This document shows positions 9,880-18,696 of a DNA stretch of 21,607 bases, in pieces. The notes beneath the pieces are model-generated. The model did no database searches. It was not told where the DNA came from and worked only from the letters and a program-made list of their open reading frames with translations. The stretch's first letter is position 1, and every line of letters starts with the position of its first letter. The translations under genes and the position numbers were made by a program. The stretch is from Candidatus Scalinduaceae bacterium (lineage in GTDB: Bacteria; Planctomycetota; Brocadiia; Brocadiales; Scalinduaceae). Where the stretch lies: positions 1 through 21,607 of the forward strand of contig JBHICG010000062.1 of NCBI GenBank assembly GCA_046759445.1, given 5' to 3'.

Positions 9880-11601
9880 TCGCTCAACAAGTAAAATATC
9901 ACTTAATTTATCGATTATTAAATTTTCTCTCTTCATAATAAAATCTTTAAAATTAGAAAACTCGAGCGATATTTGCTGAGGTATTAATGAAGATTCCAGA
10001 AATTCCTTGTTTTTGTTTGAACTCCAATCAATAAAATCGTCATCTCTTTTGACAATATTCACTGATGGATTAAGCAAATGTAAGTTTGCGATGGAATTGG
10101 CTTTATCATCATAAAATATTATTTCATCTTGACTGAGTCCCATTTTCTTATATAGCTCCCTGTCAAATTTACATATTGCAAAGATATGATCTTGGTGACA
10201 ATTATCCCAGTATTTATCTTTAGAAACCAATAACAAAATTAAATGTGATAATCTTGATTGATAACATTCTTTATTTATCCATTTTTCAATATCTTCTTTA
10301 TAGATAATTTTACCAAGATTTATTTCTTTAAAAGATTTTCCCTCATCAATATTTTTTCTGACAGATTTGAGTGTTGAATCTGAAGAACTACCAAAAGCAC
10401 CTGACATCTGAGATAACGATAACCATTTAATAATCTCATTTTTTGTTTCCAAATCGCTATTTTGTTGTGAAGCAACAAATTCATTAGATTTGCTATTCAT
10501 CTTTAAGTAGTATGCTATCGGAATAAGAGCATTTTTGGATATCACATTCTTAATCGAAAATCCATACCTTGCAATTAGTTCGACTGTTAATTTTAGATAT
10601 TTCTTTATTAAATCCCAATTATCGGAAATAATTTTCAGATTGTCTTCATTGAAATTTTTCAGCTTGTATTGGACCTCTAAATCAGAAAGGACTAAACACG
10701 ATTTCAATATATCATCTTTTTTAAAATCGTAATCGGGTTTATGAACTTCTACTTTATTTAGTTCATCAGTAAATGCAAATATTTCTTTTCTTGCTCCTTT
10801 AGGGACAAATAGTTTCTTATTAGACTCCATATACGATAGTAACAAATCTGCTTTTTCAAGTTTTATTCCGCCGTCATTTGTTCTAACAAATATATTCAGC
10901 ACTTTCTCATCATCATCATTTATTACATGAGATTCACTAATACAATCATCAATACAAATAACTTGATGTAATCGTCCTAATGTAATTTTTGCTTTTTTAA
11001 TCAATATGGACGAAGTTGCCCTATCTCGAATGAGATTATTATTATCCTCTTTAAAATCTTCGGTTGTTTTATTGTGATAATCTAATACGTTTCCAACTTC
11101 AAACCATAATTCATTTTGATTCGTTGGAGGTTCCTCAAAGAATTTAAATTCGTATTTTAATCCATAGGTATTATCAATATTATTTTCAATCTCAGATAAT
11201 AAATTTAAAAACAATTTTGTCCTTTTCTTTTTATTTCTGTAAGAAAAACTATACGTACCCTTTAAACCTAAATTTAATGCTGATAATCTTTGTTGCCCAT
11301 CGAGAATTAAAAATAATTTTGAGTAACCATGAAGATCTGCAATAATATTATGCGGAGTATCCTCATCATAATTTTGCACAAAATTGTATATTTCCCATTT
11401 AATATTTTCCAAATCAGGAGCCTTGTTCACGTTCCAACATAGAATCTGTCCTATCGGATATGCCTGTAGTAAAGAATCAAATAGTTTTTCAATTTTATTA
11501 TCTTTTCTCCCCCAAACGAATTCTCTCTGTATTGAAGGTAAAAGATAGTCTCTGTTTATATGATTGAGCAAAAGGTCAGATATTTTCATTTTAAAACCTA
11601 A
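9753..11601 (-). mobile_element. Single integron gene cassette (~1.85 kb), no integrase in the window
   Basis: Upstream core G|TTAGGT (11602-11596) is exactly complementary to the downstream inverse core ACCTAAC. The ORF starts 6 nt after the core site and its stop lies inside R''. Confidence 0.75.
9874..11589 (-). CDS. DUF262 + HNH (DUF1524-like) protein, GmrSD-like modification-dependent restriction/defence nuclease
   Basis: DUF262 motifs 'LPSIQREFVW', 'LDGQQRL', 'IFVRTNDGG'. C-terminal 'DHIF...SIANLHLL...N' is an HNH-type motif. It is visibly AT-richer than its flanks. Confidence 0.85.
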   Translation of the reverse strand: MKISDLLLNHINRDYLLPSIQREFVWGRKDNKIEKLFDSLLQAYPIGQILCWNVNKAPDLENIKWEIYNFVQNYDEDTPHNIIADLHGYSKLFLILDGQQRLSALNLGLKGTYSFSYRNKKKRTKLFLNLLSEIENNIDNTYGLKYEFKFFEEPPTNQNELWFEVGNVLDYHNKTTEDFKEDNNNLIRDRATSSILIKKAKITLGRLHQVICIDDCISESHVINDDDEKVLNIFVRTNDGGIKLEKADLLLSYMESNKKLFVPKGARKEIFAFTDELNKVEVHKPDYDFKKDDILKSCLVLSDLEVQYKLKNFNEDNLKIISDNWDLIKKYLKLTVELIARYGFSIKNVISKNALIPIAYYLKMNSKSNEFVASQQNSDLETKNEIIKWLSLSQMSGAFGSSSDSTLKSVRKNIDEGKSFKEINLGKIIYKEDIEKWINKECYQSRLSHLILLLVSKDKYWDNCHQDHIFAICKFDRELYKKMGLSQDEIIFYDDKANSIANLHLLNPSVNIVKRDDDFIDWSSNKNKEFLESSLIPQQISLEFSNFKDFIMKRENLIIDKLSDILLVERT

Positions 11602-11635
11602 CGAGCATAGATTATACCGCCTAAGCGCGGTATTA
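11596..11635 (-). other. Cassette insertion site: GTTAGGT core plus adjacent hairpin (attI-like or truncated attC)
   Basis: + strand ACCTAAC-gagcatag-attATACCGC-ctaagc-GCGGTATtat. I found no matching partner R box on the far side. Confidence 0.55.
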
Positions 11636-11683
11636 TTTTACGGCTACTGTAAAAATATGTTTTGTAAGTAACAGGTATTCAAG

Positions 11684-11712
11684 ATATTATGCCAATGAAT
11701 ATGTAATATCAA
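11684..11712 (-). promoter_or_regulatory. Candidate sigma70 promoter facing the cassette
   Basis: Minus strand TTGATA-N17-TAATAT. The context is AT-rich, so a chance match is possible. Confidence 0.4.
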
Positions 11713-11730
11713 GTTGTTTTTTCTTGGCTC

Positions 11731-11791
11731 TTAACCAAAAATTAACATTTTCTTTATACTCAGTTAACATTCAAATTACATTATATAAACA
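11731..11791 (+). promoter_or_regulatory. Pho-box array upstream of pstS
   Basis: Hexamers at exact 11-bp period: TTAACC 11731, TTAACA 11742, TTTATA 11753, TTAACA 11764, ATTACA 11775, TAAACA 11786. They resemble the Bacillus PhoP TT(A/T/C)ACA repeat. Confidence 0.82.
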
Positions 11792-11874
11792 AATGTACTT
11801 TGGATTTGCCTCGATATAAAATCAATTATTCTATTTCAAATAAACGGTAATACTCAGAAAATAAAAAGGAGGAT

Positions 11875-12795
11875 ATGATGTCTTATAATTTTCGTTTAAT
11901 AATAAGTGGAACAATATTTTTCTCTATTCTTACAACTATGATCGGTTGTTCAAAAAAGGAGATTAACAAAAATTCAATTCAGATTAAAGGTTCCGATACC
12001 GAAGTCAATCTTGTCCAAAGGCTGTCCGAGGCGTATATGGAGAAACTTCCTGAAGTTTCTATTGCCATTACCGGCGGTGGTTCCGGAACGGGAATCGCCG
12101 CTCTCATAAATAAACAAACAGACATAGCCAATTCATCCAGGTCTATGAAGAATGCGGAAATTGAACAAGCCAAGGCTAAAGGGGTAGAACCCATACCCAT
12201 TATTTTTGCATTAGACGGGCTGGCCATAATTACGCATGAAAGCCTTTCCGTCAATTCCTTGAATATAAATGAAGTAGCAGATATCTTCAAAGGAAATATC
12301 ATAAATTGGAGAACCCTGGGAGGTCCGGATTTAGAGATATCCATGTACGGACGACAAAGCAATTCCGGAACTTTTGTTTATTTTAGAGATACTGTACTTA
12401 AGGGAGATTACGCCACAAACGTTCGCAGGATGAATGGAACCGCCCAGATAGTAGAAGCAGTAAGAAAGGACAAGGCCGGGATTGGATACGTAGGCATTGG
12501 ATATGTCGTGAATGAAGAAGGTAACGTTATTTCTGAAATAAAGATACAAAACCTGGCAAAGGACGCAGACTCTCCACCTGTAAGTCCACTGGAATCCAAA
12601 AATGTAAAATCAGGAGCATATCCTCTCAGTCGTCCTCTGTTTCAGTACACTAATGGTATGCCGGCAGGAGGGTTACTGGAATTTGTACAATTTGAATTGA
12701 GTCAGGAGGGACAAACGTTGATAGAAAACGAAGGCTATTATCCCATAACCGACAAGCATATGGAACACAATCGCAGTTTAGGCTTAATCAAATGA
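11875..12795 (+). CDS. pstS: Phosphate ABC transporter substrate-binding lipoprotein PstS
   Basis: Lipobox 'MIGC', 'KGSDT', 'GGGSGTG', 'RQSNSGT', 'YPLSRPLF'. AGGAGG RBS. Confidence 0.95.
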   Translation: MMSYNFRLIISGTIFFSILTTMIGCSKKEINKNSIQIKGSDTEVNLVQRLSEAYMEKLPEVSIAITGGGSGTGIAALINKQTDIANSSRSMKNAEIEQAKAKGVEPIPIIFALDGLAIITHESLSVNSLNINEVADIFKGNIINWRTLGGPDLEISMYGRQSNSGTFVYFRDTVLKGDYATNVRRMNGTAQIVEAVRKDKAGIGYVGIGYVVNEEGNVISEIKIQNLAKDADSPPVSPLESKNVKSGAYPLSRPLFQYTNGMPAGGLLEFVQFELSQEGQTLIENEGYYPITDKHMEHNRSLGLIK

Positions 12796-12834
12796 TATTA
12801 ATTCCTCTATCTGGGTGAGCTATAATTGCCAACG

Positions 12835-12970
12835 GTAGCGGAATACTTCCGGCAATTCAGAGAATTGAACGGTCACCACCTCCATGGGTTTGTTAAGCAA
12901 AAATAGATATTCAAACGTTTACACTAGAACTGATTCCCATGATGTGAGGAGGTCTGAAGACTTCCGCTAC
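12835..12970. repeat. GTAG/CTAC-bounded inverted REP doublet (REPIN-like)
   Basis: GTAGCGGAA(12835-12843)...TTCCGCTAC(12962-12970). Inner CATGGG(12883)/CCCATG(12936). The right arm has its own hairpin GGAGGTC-tgaa-GACTTCC. Confidence 0.72.
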
Positions 12971-13014
12971 AGATATAATATAAAGGCGTGCAATTCATAA
13001 AAATTGCCTTAGCC

Positions 13015-13048
13015 TTAACTCCATAAATGATTGCGTTTTTGGAGTTAA
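13015..13048. other. Hairpin between pstS and pstC (possible mRNA stabiliser or attenuator)
   Basis: TTAACTCCA(13015-13023)...TGGAGTTAA(13040-13048). Confidence 0.45.
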
Positions 13049-13100
13049 TCCTTTAGGATTTTATTCTTATCTATATAAAAATTTCACAGAAGACTATACT

Positions 13101-13985
13101 ATGAACTCAACAAGGGTCAAAGAGAAAGCCATACACCTCGTTTTCTTTCTGGCAGGCATATCGGCAATAATTATACTTCTTGGAATATTTTCCATGCTGC
13201 TCATCAATGGAATTAAAACGTTTAAAGACGTAAGCGTTTTCTATTTTTTCTTCAGTACCGTATGGAACCCTACTGCTTATGAAGAGCCTTCATATGGAAT
13301 CCTATCCATGGTAGTAAGTACTTTTATGGTAATTTTGGGATCAATGATAATTGCAATACCCTTAGGTATTGGAACCGCCGCTTATATTACTGAGGTGGCT
13401 AGTCCCAGGATTCAGGAAATACTAAAACCAATTATAGAAATTCTTGCCGCCATACCATCGGTCGTAATCGGTTTCTTGGGTATTATATTTGTAGGACCTC
13501 TTATTGCTAAAGTATTCAATCTTACAAACGGCCTGAATGCAATTAATGGATCTATTCTTCTGGCCGTTATGTCTCTACCCACCATCATAAGCATCTCGGA
13601 AGATGCCATCAGGGCCGTCCCTAAAGAGTATAAGGAAGCATCCTATGCACTTGGAGCAAATCGTTGGACAACATTGATTCGCGTAATTATTCCTGCTGCG
13701 GTTTCCGGAATTGTAGCATCCATTATGCTTGGGATAGGAAGGGCGATTGGAGAAACTATGACCGTCTTAATGGCAACAGGCAATGCCCCAGCAATGCCAC
13801 ATAGTTTTTTCGATTCTATAAGGACAATGACGGCTACCATAGCAATCGAACTTGGAGAAGTACCTTATGGCACAACTCATTATTATGCAATATTCGCAGT
13901 TGGTACAATCCTTTTCTTGATGAGTCTTTTAGTCAATATAATTGCAGAACTTGTAACGGCAAAATATAGAACTCAAAGAATATGA
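13101..13985 (+). CDS. pstC: Phosphate ABC transporter permease PstC
   Basis: 'EILAAIPSVVIGF', EAA loop 'EASYALGANRW', 'GRAIGETM'. Confidence 0.95.
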   Translation: MNSTRVKEKAIHLVFFLAGISAIIILLGIFSMLLINGIKTFKDVSVFYFFFSTVWNPTAYEEPSYGILSMVVSTFMVILGSMIIAIPLGIGTAAYITEVASPRIQEILKPIIEILAAIPSVVIGFLGIIFVGPLIAKVFNLTNGLNAINGSILLAVMSLPTIISISEDAIRAVPKEYKEASYALGANRWTTLIRVIIPAAVSGIVASIMLGIGRAIGETMTVLMATGNAPAMPHSFFDSIRTMTATIAIELGEVPYGTTHYYAIFAVGTILFLMSLLVNIIAELVTAKYRTQRI

Positions 13986-14836
13986 AACTAAAAAGATTTG
14001 AAGAAATAATTGGTTTTTCTATACTTGGTTTTTCTGCCATCATTGTTATACTGATTTTGGGTACTATTATTGTCAATATTGTTTCGCATGGTTCGAGAGC
14101 GATTAGTTGGGAATTCATATCGGATTTTCCCAAAGAGGGAATGACCAAGGGAGGTATTTTCCCAGCCATTATCGGGACAATATTTGTAACGATTACGACT
14201 ACACTGTTTTCTATTCCTCTAGGTGTATCAGCGGCTATTTATTTAAGTGAATACGCAAAAGAGGGAACGCTTACGCGCATAATTCGGGCCGCAATCAGGA
14301 ATCTGGCAGGAGTGCCATCGATTGTCTATGGACTATTTGGCGTAGCAATCTTTGTACAGGGATTAGATTTTGGAAGTTCTGTACTTTCTTCAGGACTGAC
14401 GTTAGGGCTATTGACACTGCCCTGGATCATAGCGACATCTGAAGAAGCCCTTAAAACAGTTCCTCGCTCATACAGAGAAGGTTCTTTAGCGTTAGGGGCA
14501 ACTAAATGGCAGAGTATACGTTCCAATGTTCTGCCATACGCCCTTCCGGGAATTTTAACCGGTAGTATACTGGGCCTTTCAAGGGCTGCAGGAGAAACAG
14601 CGCCAATTCTTTTCACAGGAGTTGTTTTTTTCCTTCCCAGCTCACCGGATTCAGTTTTTGATCAATTTATGGCGCTTCCTTACCATTTATACATCTTATC
14701 TACTCAACACCATGCTATTGAAGAGGTCAGGCCATTGGCATATGGTACTGCATTAGTACTTATTGTATTAGTCCTGATCATGAATTTTACAGCAGTCTTT
14801 ATACGGTTTAAATTAAGAAAGAAATTCCAGATGTAA
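13982..14836 (+). CDS. pstA: Phosphate ABC transporter permease PstA
   Basis: 'NLAGVPSIVYGLFG', 'EGSLALGATKWQ', 'RAAGETAP'. Confidence 0.95.
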   Translation: MKLKRFEEIIGFSILGFSAIIVILILGTIIVNIVSHGSRAISWEFISDFPKEGMTKGGIFPAIIGTIFVTITTTLFSIPLGVSAAIYLSEYAKEGTLTRIIRAAIRNLAGVPSIVYGLFGVAIFVQGLDFGSSVLSSGLTLGLLTLPWIIATSEEALKTVPRSYREGSLALGATKWQSIRSNVLPYALPGILTGSILGLSRAAGETAPILFTGVVFFLPSSPDSVFDQFMALPYHLYILSTQHHAIEEVRPLAYGTALVLIVLVLIMNFTAVFIRFKLRKKFQM

Positions 14837-14846
14837 TTTTCATTTT

Positions 14847-14930
14847 GGACACAGATGAACGCAGATTGTAAAGATAAAAACCCCCAAGTTTTAAAGTTAT
14901 TATCTATTTTATCTGCGCAAATTTGTGTCC
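14847..14930. repeat. Inverted-repeat element (MITE-like), GGACACAGAT family
   Basis: GGACACAGATGAACGCAGAT (14847-14866) versus ATCTGCGCAAATTTGTGTCC (14911-14930), 16/20 complementary. Inner AGATAA/TTATCT. Confidence 0.72.
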
Positions 14931-14955
14931 CATTAATTTAAAATATACTAAATAT

Positions 14956-15708
14956 ATGGACAATATTACAATAAAAGATTTGAGTTTAACCTATGGCCAT
15001 AAACAAGTTTTAAAAGGAATAAATCAGGAAATAGAAGAAAAAAGGATTACGGCAATCATAGGCCCATCTGGTTGTGGAAAATCCAGTCTGCTGAGGTGTA
15101 TAAATAGAATGAATGAACTCATACCTGAATCAAAGGTTGAAGGAAAAATACTGTTTGATGGAAAGGATATTTATGCCCCTGATACTGATGTAACAGAGAT
15201 TAGGCAAAAGATAGGAATGGTATTCCAAAGACCAAATCCCTTCCCAAAGTCGATATATGATAATGTTGCTTACGGTTTACGCATAAACGGCATTAAAGAT
15301 AAAGAGAAAATTTATGATATAGTAGTAAAGAGCTTAAGGGATAGTGGACTTTGGAAAGAGATTAAGGATAGACTTCACAGTTCGGCTATAGAGCTCTCCG
15401 GTGGTCAACAACAAAGGCTGTGCATTGCTAGGGCTCTGGCTATAGAACCAGAGGTAATTCTAATGGACGAGCCGTGTTCCGCCTTGGACCCTGCCAGCAC
15501 TTTTAAGATAGAAGAGCTAATGGTAAAATTGAAGGATCGATATACCGTTATCATAGTCACGCATAATATGCAGCAGGCAGCAAGAGTCTCTGATACCACA
15601 GGGTTTCTCTATTTGGGCAAACTTATTGAATACGGAAATACTAAAGAGTTATTCACTAAACCTAAAGAAAAACTTACTGAAGATTATATTAGCGGCAATT
15701 TCGGCTGA
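14956..15708 (+). CDS. pstB: Phosphate ABC transporter ATP-binding protein PstB (250 aa)
   Basis: Walker A GPSGCGKS, '[11 protein letters not shown]', '[14 protein letters not shown]', 'DEPCSALDP'. I moved the start to ATG 14956 because the track's TTG at 14923 lies inside the repeat. Confidence 0.96.
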   Translation: MDNITIKDLSLTYGHKQVLKGINQEIEEKRITAIIGPSGCGKSSLLRCINRMNELIPESKVEGKILFDGKDIYAPDTDVTEIRQKIGMVFQRPNPFPKSIYDNVAYGLRINGIKDKEKIYDIVVKSLRDSGLWKEIKDRLHSSAIELSGGQQQRLCIARALAIEPEVILMDEPCSALDPASTFKIEELMVKLKDRYTVIIVTHNMQQAARVSDTTGFLYLGKLIEYGNTKELFTKPKEKLTEDYISGNFG

Positions 15709-15794
15709 ATCCCCCTGTTTCCGGCAATTCTAAGAATTGCTTAGCTGTTTCACCTGGAACAGCCCCCTTTCATAAAGGGAGACTAAGGGGGATT
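15708..15794. repeat. C-rich/G-rich palindromic element with nested insertions
   Basis: AATCCCCC...TTAG...CCCCCTTT-cat-AAAGGGAGACTAAGGGGGATT. The left arm is interrupted by two extra hairpins. Confidence 0.7.
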
Positions 15795-15815
15795 TACATC
15801 GGAGGAAATAATAAC

Positions 15816-16487
15816 ATGCAAACAACAAGAAAGACTTTCCAGGAAAATATGAAAGCGCTTGAAAAAGACATAATAAGCGAAGGTGAAATGGTTAGTGTAG
15901 CCATAGACCGTTCCGTCAAGGCCTTAAAAGACCTTGATGTTGAAGCAGCCAAAACAGTAGTTAATGACGATCTTTATATAAATAAGAAGCGTTGGAATAT
16001 AGAGGAAAAATGTATCCACTTGTTTGCTACTCAACAACCTGTTGCAACAGATCTGCGGGAATTGATAGCAGTCCTGAGTATAAATACAGATCTGGAACGC
16101 ATGGGTGATCATGCCGAAGGCATCGCCAAGATTGTAATTATGCATGGCAATAAGCCTCTGGTAAAACCATTGGTCGATATTCCTCGAATGGCTGAAAAAG
16201 CCTCTGACATGCTTACGAGAAGCCTTGAAGCATTTGTAAATAGAGATGAAAAAACAGCAAGAGCCATCTGTGATGAAGATGATGAAGTCGACGTGCTTTA
16301 CGAACAGGTCTATCGGGAACTTCTTACATTTATGATTGAAGACCCAAAAACAATTACGAGGGCGACTTATCTAGTATGGGCGGCTCATAACCTGGAAAGA
16401 ATTGCTGATCGTGTAACCAATATCTGCGAACGCATAGTTTTTCTTGTTACGGGAACAATGGAAGAAATTAATGTGTCAAAATATTAA
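15816..16487 (+). CDS. phoU: Phosphate signalling protein PhoU
   Basis: 'QQPVATDLR', 'DLERMGDHA', 'DDEVD', 'LERIADRVTNICE'. GGAGG RBS. Confidence 0.96.
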   Translation: MQTTRKTFQENMKALEKDIISEGEMVSVAIDRSVKALKDLDVEAAKTVVNDDLYINKKRWNIEEKCIHLFATQQPVATDLRELIAVLSINTDLERMGDHAEGIAKIVIMHGNKPLVKPLVDIPRMAEKASDMLTRSLEAFVNRDEKTARAICDEDDEVDVLYEQVYRELLTFMIEDPKTITRATYLVWAAHNLERIADRVTNICERIVFLVTGTMEEINVSKY

Positions 16488-16506
16488 TTAGAAAGGAGGT
16501 AGTAAA

Positions 16507-18003
16507 ATGAGAAATATTTTTCTAGTGACGTTTTCGACTTTTGTTTTTCTTTTTTTCAACAGTATCTCATTCATTTACAAAGCACAAGGCGCTCAGGAAT
16601 CGGATCTTGCACCACTAAAGAAGCAGTTAGAAATAATGGAAGAAACGCTAAAGAAGCAACAAGAGATGATAAATACTTTAAGGGACAAGATAGAATCAAA
16701 AGAAAAAGTTGCTCAAGTAAATGTGCCTGAAAGAGAAGAAAATGAAATCGAACGTGTTGTAGATAATTACCTTATGAAGGAAGAAACCAGGAAAAAGATG
16801 GCAAAAGCCGGATTAATCCATAATCCAGCTCCATTTCAAGTTTATTGGGATAAAGGTTTACGATTTAAATCTGAGAATGGAAATTTTAAGCTAAAGTTGG
16901 GCGGTCGAATAATGAATGACTGGGGTTGGTTTACGGAGGACAAAGATATATTGGAGAGTATCGGGAATCAGGTAGATGGCACTGAATTCCGAAGGGCTAG
17001 ATTATATATAGCCGGTGAGATTTATGAAAATATTGCGTTCAAGGCGCAGTATGACTTTGCCAGTGGGGGTAGACCAGATTTTAAGGATGTTTATCTAGCA
17101 CTAAGAAAAATTCCTGTCGTAGGGAATTTTCGAGTAGGCCACTTTAAGGAACCATTTAGCCTTGAAGAACTAACATCCAGCAAATACATCACATTCATGG
17201 AGCGAAGCTTAAACAATGTCTTTGCACCCGCTCGAAACACGGGATTTATGCTTCATAACCATGCATTAGACAAGCGTATGACCTGGGCAACGGGAGTATT
17301 CCGTAATGCGAATGGATTTGGTGATAGTGAAGGAAACCGTACTACCGAGGGTGGCTATAGTTTTTCTGGACGAATTACAGGACTACCGTGGTACAAGGAT
17401 AAAGGAAAAAAGCTAATACACACGGGATTTTCTTATAGTTATCAAAATGCCTTTGAAAATGCATTTAGATTTAGATCAAGACCTGAGATGCATATGGCAA
17501 AAAGATTTGTAGATACAGGTAGTTTTACAGCCGATTTTGCTAATCTTTTTAATCCTGAACTTGCTATCGTTTATGGTCCTTTTTCCTTACAGACAGAATA
17601 TACGTTTGCTGATGTAAACTTAAAGAGGTCTATGAATTCTGATCCTGAATTTTCAGGACTGTATGTTTATGGCAGTTATTTTCTAACCGGTGAACACAGA
17701 AGTTATAGTACGAAAAAGGGATCTTTCAGTCGTGTAAAGCCAAATAGAAATTTTCATTGGGGTAGAGGAAAGGGTAAAGGCGCAATCGAATTAACTGCAC
17801 GCTATTCTCATCTTGATTTGGATGATGAAGCCATTAGGGGTGGCAAACTTGATGATGTCACTGTCGGTATCAATTGGTACTTAAACCCAAATACGAGGGT
17901 AATGTTTAACTATGTGCATGCTGAAGCTGACTTATCTAATGTTGGTGGTAAAAAGGATGGAAATGCCGACCTTGCTGCAATGCGTTTCCAGATTGACTTT
18001 TAA
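16507..18003 (+). CDS. Phosphate-selective outer-membrane porin (OprO/OprP family) with N-terminal coiled coil
   Basis: Signal peptide, 'EFRRARL', 'GHFKEPFSLEELTSSKYITFMERS', 'YFLTGE', 'GINWYLN', C-terminal Phe. Confidence 0.9.
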   Translation: MRNIFLVTFSTFVFLFFNSISFIYKAQGAQESDLAPLKKQLEIMEETLKKQQEMINTLRDKIESKEKVAQVNVPEREENEIERVVDNYLMKEETRKKMAKAGLIHNPAPFQVYWDKGLRFKSENGNFKLKLGGRIMNDWGWFTEDKDILESIGNQVDGTEFRRARLYIAGEIYENIAFKAQYDFASGGRPDFKDVYLALRKIPVVGNFRVGHFKEPFSLEELTSSKYITFMERSLNNVFAPARNTGFMLHNHALDKRMTWATGVFRNANGFGDSEGNRTTEGGYSFSGRITGLPWYKDKGKKLIHTGFSYSYQNAFENAFRFRSRPEMHMAKRFVDTGSFTADFANLFNPELAIVYGPFSLQTEYTFADVNLKRSMNSDPEFSGLYVYGSYFLTGEHRSYSTKKGSFSRVKPNRNFHWGRGKGKGAIELTARYSHLDLDDEAIRGGKLDDVTVGINWYLNPNTRVMFNYVHAEADLSNVGGKKDGNADLAAMRFQIDF

Positions 18004-18058
18004 GTCCTAAACACAAGTTATCTGATATTGACTTTAAATACCTTTGAGAGGAAAAAGC

Positions 18059-18469
18059 GTGAAGAAAAAAGTATTATTTCTTTGTACAAATAATTCCTGC
18101 CGTTCTCAGATGGCAGAGGGGATATTGCGGCATCTACGTAGCGATGCATTTGAAGTATTTAGTGCAGGCACAAACCCTTCGGTTATTAATTCAAAAGCGA
18201 TACACGTGATGTCGGAAATCGGCATTGATATTTCAGGACATAAATCAAAATCTGTGCAAGAGTTTTTGGACTGGGACTTCGATTATATTATAACGGTATG
18301 TGATAGTGCCAAGGAGAGTTGTCCTGTTTTTACGAAGGGTGCTCAATTTATCCATTGGAGTTTCATTGATCCAGCAGGGGTAAAAGGAACTGAGGAAAAG
18401 ATATTGCCTGTATTTAGAAAAGTTAGAGATGAAATAAAGACGAAAACAAATGAGCTATTCGGAAAGTAG
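18059..18469 (+). CDS. arsC: Thioredoxin-coupled arsenate reductase ArsC (LMW-PTP fold)
   Basis: P-loop 'CTNNSCRSQMAEG', resolving pair 'TVCDSAKESCP', 'HWSFIDP'. The GTG start at 18059 follows GAGAGGA. Confidence 0.85.
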   Translation: MKKKVLFLCTNNSCRSQMAEGILRHLRSDAFEVFSAGTNPSVINSKAIHVMSEIGIDISGHKSKSVQEFLDWDFDYIITVCDSAKESCPVFTKGAQFIHWSFIDPAGVKGTEEKILPVFRKVRDEIKTKTNELFGK

Positions 18470-18696
18470 GCCAATGACGGCTAAATACAATTACTAATAT
18501 GAATAAGCCTTTTTTTTTGTGTTTCCGTATGATCTTATATAGTTATTATTGGTAAATTTAGAGAGATAAAAATTGCTCCTTTATAACTGAAATAAGTGAT
18601 GATAAAATATGTTTTATAGATATTTGGAAAAGTTCATTGGTATAAGGCGTATGTTGTGGAATGGTAATTGACCTAAAAAAATAAGGAGTTGAAAAT

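Noticed and set aside
14923..14955. TTG start extension of pstB
   Set aside because: It begins inside the inverted repeat, and ATG 14956 gives the normal 250-aa length.
15693..15700. CGGCAATT as a fifth copy of the micro-hairpin
   Set aside because: It encodes the pstB C-terminus (SGNFG), lacks the GAATTG arm and is not preceded by TTC.
18470..18520. Intrinsic terminator after arsC
   Set aside because: A T-run is present but no convincing GC stem lies directly before it.
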